NCBI GenBank assembly: GCA_963744145.1
Contig: CAVUSO010000001.1
Location: 3,456,001-3,520,000, forward strand
Source of the DNA: an uncultured cyanobacterium
Lineage (GTDB): Bacteria > Cyanobacteriota > Cyanobacteriia > Cyanobacteriales > CAWUOF01
Direction of reading: 5' to 3'
Length of the DNA: 64,000 nucleotides
Part shown: positions 61,148-64,000 of the stretch, piece after piece
Layout of the letters: each line of letters begins with the position of its first letter
How positions within the stretch are numbered: the first letter of the stretch is position 1
Made by a program: the position numbers and the translations under genes
Notes under the pieces: generated by a model
What the model saw: only the letters and a program-made list of their open reading frames with translations
What the model was told of the DNA's origin: nothing
Databases searched by the model: none

Positions 61148-61777
61148 TTATTCGCACAAATGCTCTTTTAGTTCAGCTAAAAAATTTTGACAGCACCGCT
61201 GATAAAAACTACTTAACGTTGATACTTTAACTCCCAATTCCTGGGCAATACCTTCCCAGCGTTTACCAGAAAGTTTTGCTAAGGCAATAGCTTGGAAACT
61301 GGCTTGTGGGCATCCTCGAATATGCTTCTTTTTTAGCATATTTTTAGGATCTTTTTCAAGATATTCTCTCACTATTTCTGACCAAGTAGGCGCTTCAACT
61401 AGCTCTTTTAAAGCATATTGTCGAGCGGGACTACGATGACTATGTTGTTGAGCTTCTAGAGCCAAGTTTTTGAGATTATTGTCGTCAAGTACCTGTTGAA
61501 AAGCATGATTTCGCCACAATTTTGCCCATTCTCGGATGGAAATATTTTGGGAATTGTATTGGTCTATATGTAAATCAAGATCAGTTATGAGTTGTTCCCG
61601 TACTTGGTGATAAATCTGCTGACAAATATCAGATAAAGTTTGACCTTTAAATGGACGACAGAGAGAACGTGATCGCATTATTTCATCAGCTAAATAAGCG
61701 ATCGCTTCTTCTCGTTCTTTGGTCTGATTCGGATACTTTAGCACTGCTAGCGCTAATTCTTGTAGTCGTTGATCCAT
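61148..61777 (-). CDS. HetZ-related / sigma-70-like regulator, probably internally deleted
   Basis: LQELAL, LALEAQQH...RQYAL.ELVEA, DP.....HIRG.P.A.F, C-terminal HTH WEGIAQELGVKVSTLSSFYQRC. Confidence 0.65.
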   Translation of the reverse strand: MDQRLQELALAVLKYPNQTKEREEAIAYLADEIMRSRSLCRPFKGQTLSDICQQIYHQVREQLITDLDLHIDQYNSQNISIREWAKLWRNHAFQQVLDDNNLKNLALEAQQHSHRSPARQYALKELVEAPTWSEIVREYLEKDPKNMLKKKHIRGCPQASFQAIALAKLSGKRWEGIAQELGVKVSTLSSFYQRCCQNFLAELKEHLCE

Positions 61778-62127
61778 TATTTTAACTGGGTTCCTGCAAA
61801 AACTAAATTAGTCGAGCAAAATCCCTAAGGATTGGACGGATTTAATCCTTACTCAGGCTAAGTACCCAGAAATTATGCGGATTGTTACATAACTTAATAT
61901 TCAGTGATTTTGCATAAAACTAGAAGTTTTTGCGAGAGTTATGTTTGAATACCCAAGAGCGAGTGTGAATAGAATGGTCGTTAAATTTAACTGATTAGCT
62001 GTCACGTTATTGTGAGCGGTATTTCATTAGGTGCATGGCAACTTCCCGTAGCACCAGATCGGACTGGGGATGAGTAGCTTACTTATGAATGGCTAATTCT
62101 CACTAACCAGGGGCATAATCATTAGGG

Positions 62128-62842
62128 ATGCTTAAGATGCAAGCAAATTCTCAACGGACATTCAGCTCAACAACTTCACTTCCAAAAGTTCCAGATCAGT
62201 CTTCTGAGTCTAACCACAAATATCTAGGTTATGCTTCTACTCACGGTGAGGGAGAGATGATCGATACAGTTTCATCTGACCAAGCAGAGTTAATCTATGG
62301 GGGTACATCTACTTTACCGACTGATACCCCTAGAGTTAAACCGACAGGTCCTCATTATTGGTCTTCGCATCGAGAAGTTAAAACCTTTGGTAGCAGAAGG
62401 AGCACTTGCTGGAGACCAGGTTTTTCAAGCCGAGCAAAATTTGCGCGATCGCGAGCGTTCTATTACTCAAACTGAGTTGCAGGAAAATACCAATACTAAA
62501 GAACAAGTTTTTCAAGCGGAACAAAGTGGGCGCGATCGACAACGTGCTATTACTCAAACTCAAGGAGATCTTCAGCAAGCTAGAGCAGAGGTCCAACCCT
62601 TACAAGCTGGACTAGTGCAAAAAGAAGCTGAAAAACAAAAAATTCAGCTAGAATCTCAGCAGCAAATTAAACAGATAGAAACAGAAATAACTCAACTGAA
62701 AGCTAAACTAGCTGAAACTAAAAACCTGAATGATGGTGCTAATGCCAAACTTAAACATAAATCTATCTCTGCACCAATTGACGGAATAGTATCATCTTTA
62801 AAGGTTCACCATATCGGTGAAGTTGTTCAACCAAGCGGCTAG
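62128..62842 (+). pseudogene. HlyD-family membrane fusion protein remnant
   Basis: Frameshifted N-terminus; coiled coil with EGALA; ISAPIDGIV..L.V...GEVVQP then a stop. Confidence 0.8.
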
Positions 62843-63162
62843 AGTTGGTGCAGCCGTAACACTAAAACTGGCTAAAGGAGTGCCGATCGCGAGCCAACAC
62901 AAAACTAAACTTTGTTTTAACTTCATAACAGCCTGTAGTTTTTTATTACCAATTATAGATTGGCGTTTTTGCCAATCTAAACCAATTAATTATAGATTGG
63001 TTGCCAATTTGGCAGATTTATTTTCAAGTCTATGGTTAAAAATAAGTAAGCGGGCTTTTGACTAGATTATTTTCTGACAATTGAACGCCTTTAGCTCTAA
63101 CTAATAAATTGATTTTATGGGAAACTTATTGCTTTATAATAATTTCAATAATGGCGTAAGTA

Positions 63163-63849
63163 ATGAAAATGATGGATATTGCAAAAACATCTGTTCAGCC
63201 CGATGAAATTCTGGAATTTCTGAAAAGAGACATCCAATTTAAAGACCTATGTCAGAAAATCTTATCTAAAAAAGTTATTGAACGAGCAGCAATTGAAAGA
63301 GGGATAACCGTAACTCCAGATGAAATCCAGGCTGAGGGCGATGGCGGCGTCATACCCATCGCTTGGAAAAGTCTTCAGATACCATCGCTTGGCTGACCGA
63401 TCAGATGATTTCGGTGGAAGAGTGGGCAGATGGGATTCGCGATCGCCTATTAGCCCATCACTTAGCTGAGTTTTTGTTCGGTCAAGATATTGAAAAAATA
63501 TTTGCTCAAAATAAGCTGGATTTTGAACAAGTATTACTCTATCAAATTGTCGTTCCCTATGAAAAACTCGCTCAAGAACTATTTTATGAAATCGAAGAAG
63601 AGGAAATCAGTTTTTATGAAGCAGCACACCTTTATGATCTTGACGAAAGACGTAGACATCAATGTGGCTATGAAGGTAAACTATATCGCTGGGCTTTAAA
63701 ACCAGAAATAGCAGCAGTGGCTTTTAATACAGCGATCGGACAAATAAATAATCCGAGAAGAGTTAATCAATCAGCGGTTTAAAGAATGGCTGAATAGTGA
63801 AGTAAATTATCTACTACACCAGCCGAATAACTATAACAAAACTATCTAA
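63163..63849 (+). pseudogene. PpiC-type peptidylprolyl isomerase-like protein of bacteriocin/T1SS clusters, frameshifted
   Basis: VIERAA.ERGITVT.DEIQ.E; frameshift near 63340; VLLYQIVV..EKLAQELFY.IEE.EISF.EAA.LY; tail FKEWL.SE in a third frame. Confidence 0.8.
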
Positions 63850-64000
63850 AAATCTAAAATTACTGTCATTAACTGCGATTTTAAAATCCTTGTGATTTAT
63901 TGCCAAATAAACCAATAAAATCCGGAATTATTTTGGAACTACTTGACGCTAAGAGGGCAATACCAGTAAAATTCCTTTTATGGCTAACCATAATCACTAT

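Noticed and set aside
1..64000. tRNA, rRNA, CRISPR array, DGR reverse transcriptase or template repeat
   Set aside because: None recognised by eye; a covariance-model search could still find small RNAs. The dense GCGATCGC sites are ordinary HIP1.

Overview
AT-rich cyanobacterial chromosome segment; the HIP1 octamer GCGATCGC recurs throughout. A cnfR/patB-type regulator with an NtcA box suggests a diazotroph. Housekeeping genes (selO, metH, ntcB-cnaT, cobM, cbiT, ychF, cdsA) alternate with accessory DNA. The most notable accessory system is a co-oriented operon at 24.4-29.8 kb (Trypco2-like, caspase-like CHAT protease, inactive STAND, MoxR AAA+, vWA) in which the CHAT C-terminus and the iSTAND N-terminus share a near-identical adaptor domain. 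A probable partner gene at 19.3-21.0 kb (FGE-sulfatase/C-type-lectin fold) ends in what looks like a diversity-generating-retroelement variable region; no RT or template repeat is in the window. A second defence-like island at 37-50 kb holds a Dam-type MTase, a solo Cas4-like nuclease, a DUF4384-like protein, a TPR-CHAT protein, an IS605 element (tnpA+tnpB; target motif inferred as TCAT), an MNT-HEPN pair and a collapsed miniature copy of itself. Also present: two IS4-family elements with exact TIRs and TSDs, REP-bearing MITEs, an Sbp+SulP pair without ABC permeases, a decaying type I secretion/bacteriocin-type cluster at the right end, and possibly the start of a cas10/cmr2 gene at the left edge. 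All family assignments are by eye from motifs, not from database searches.
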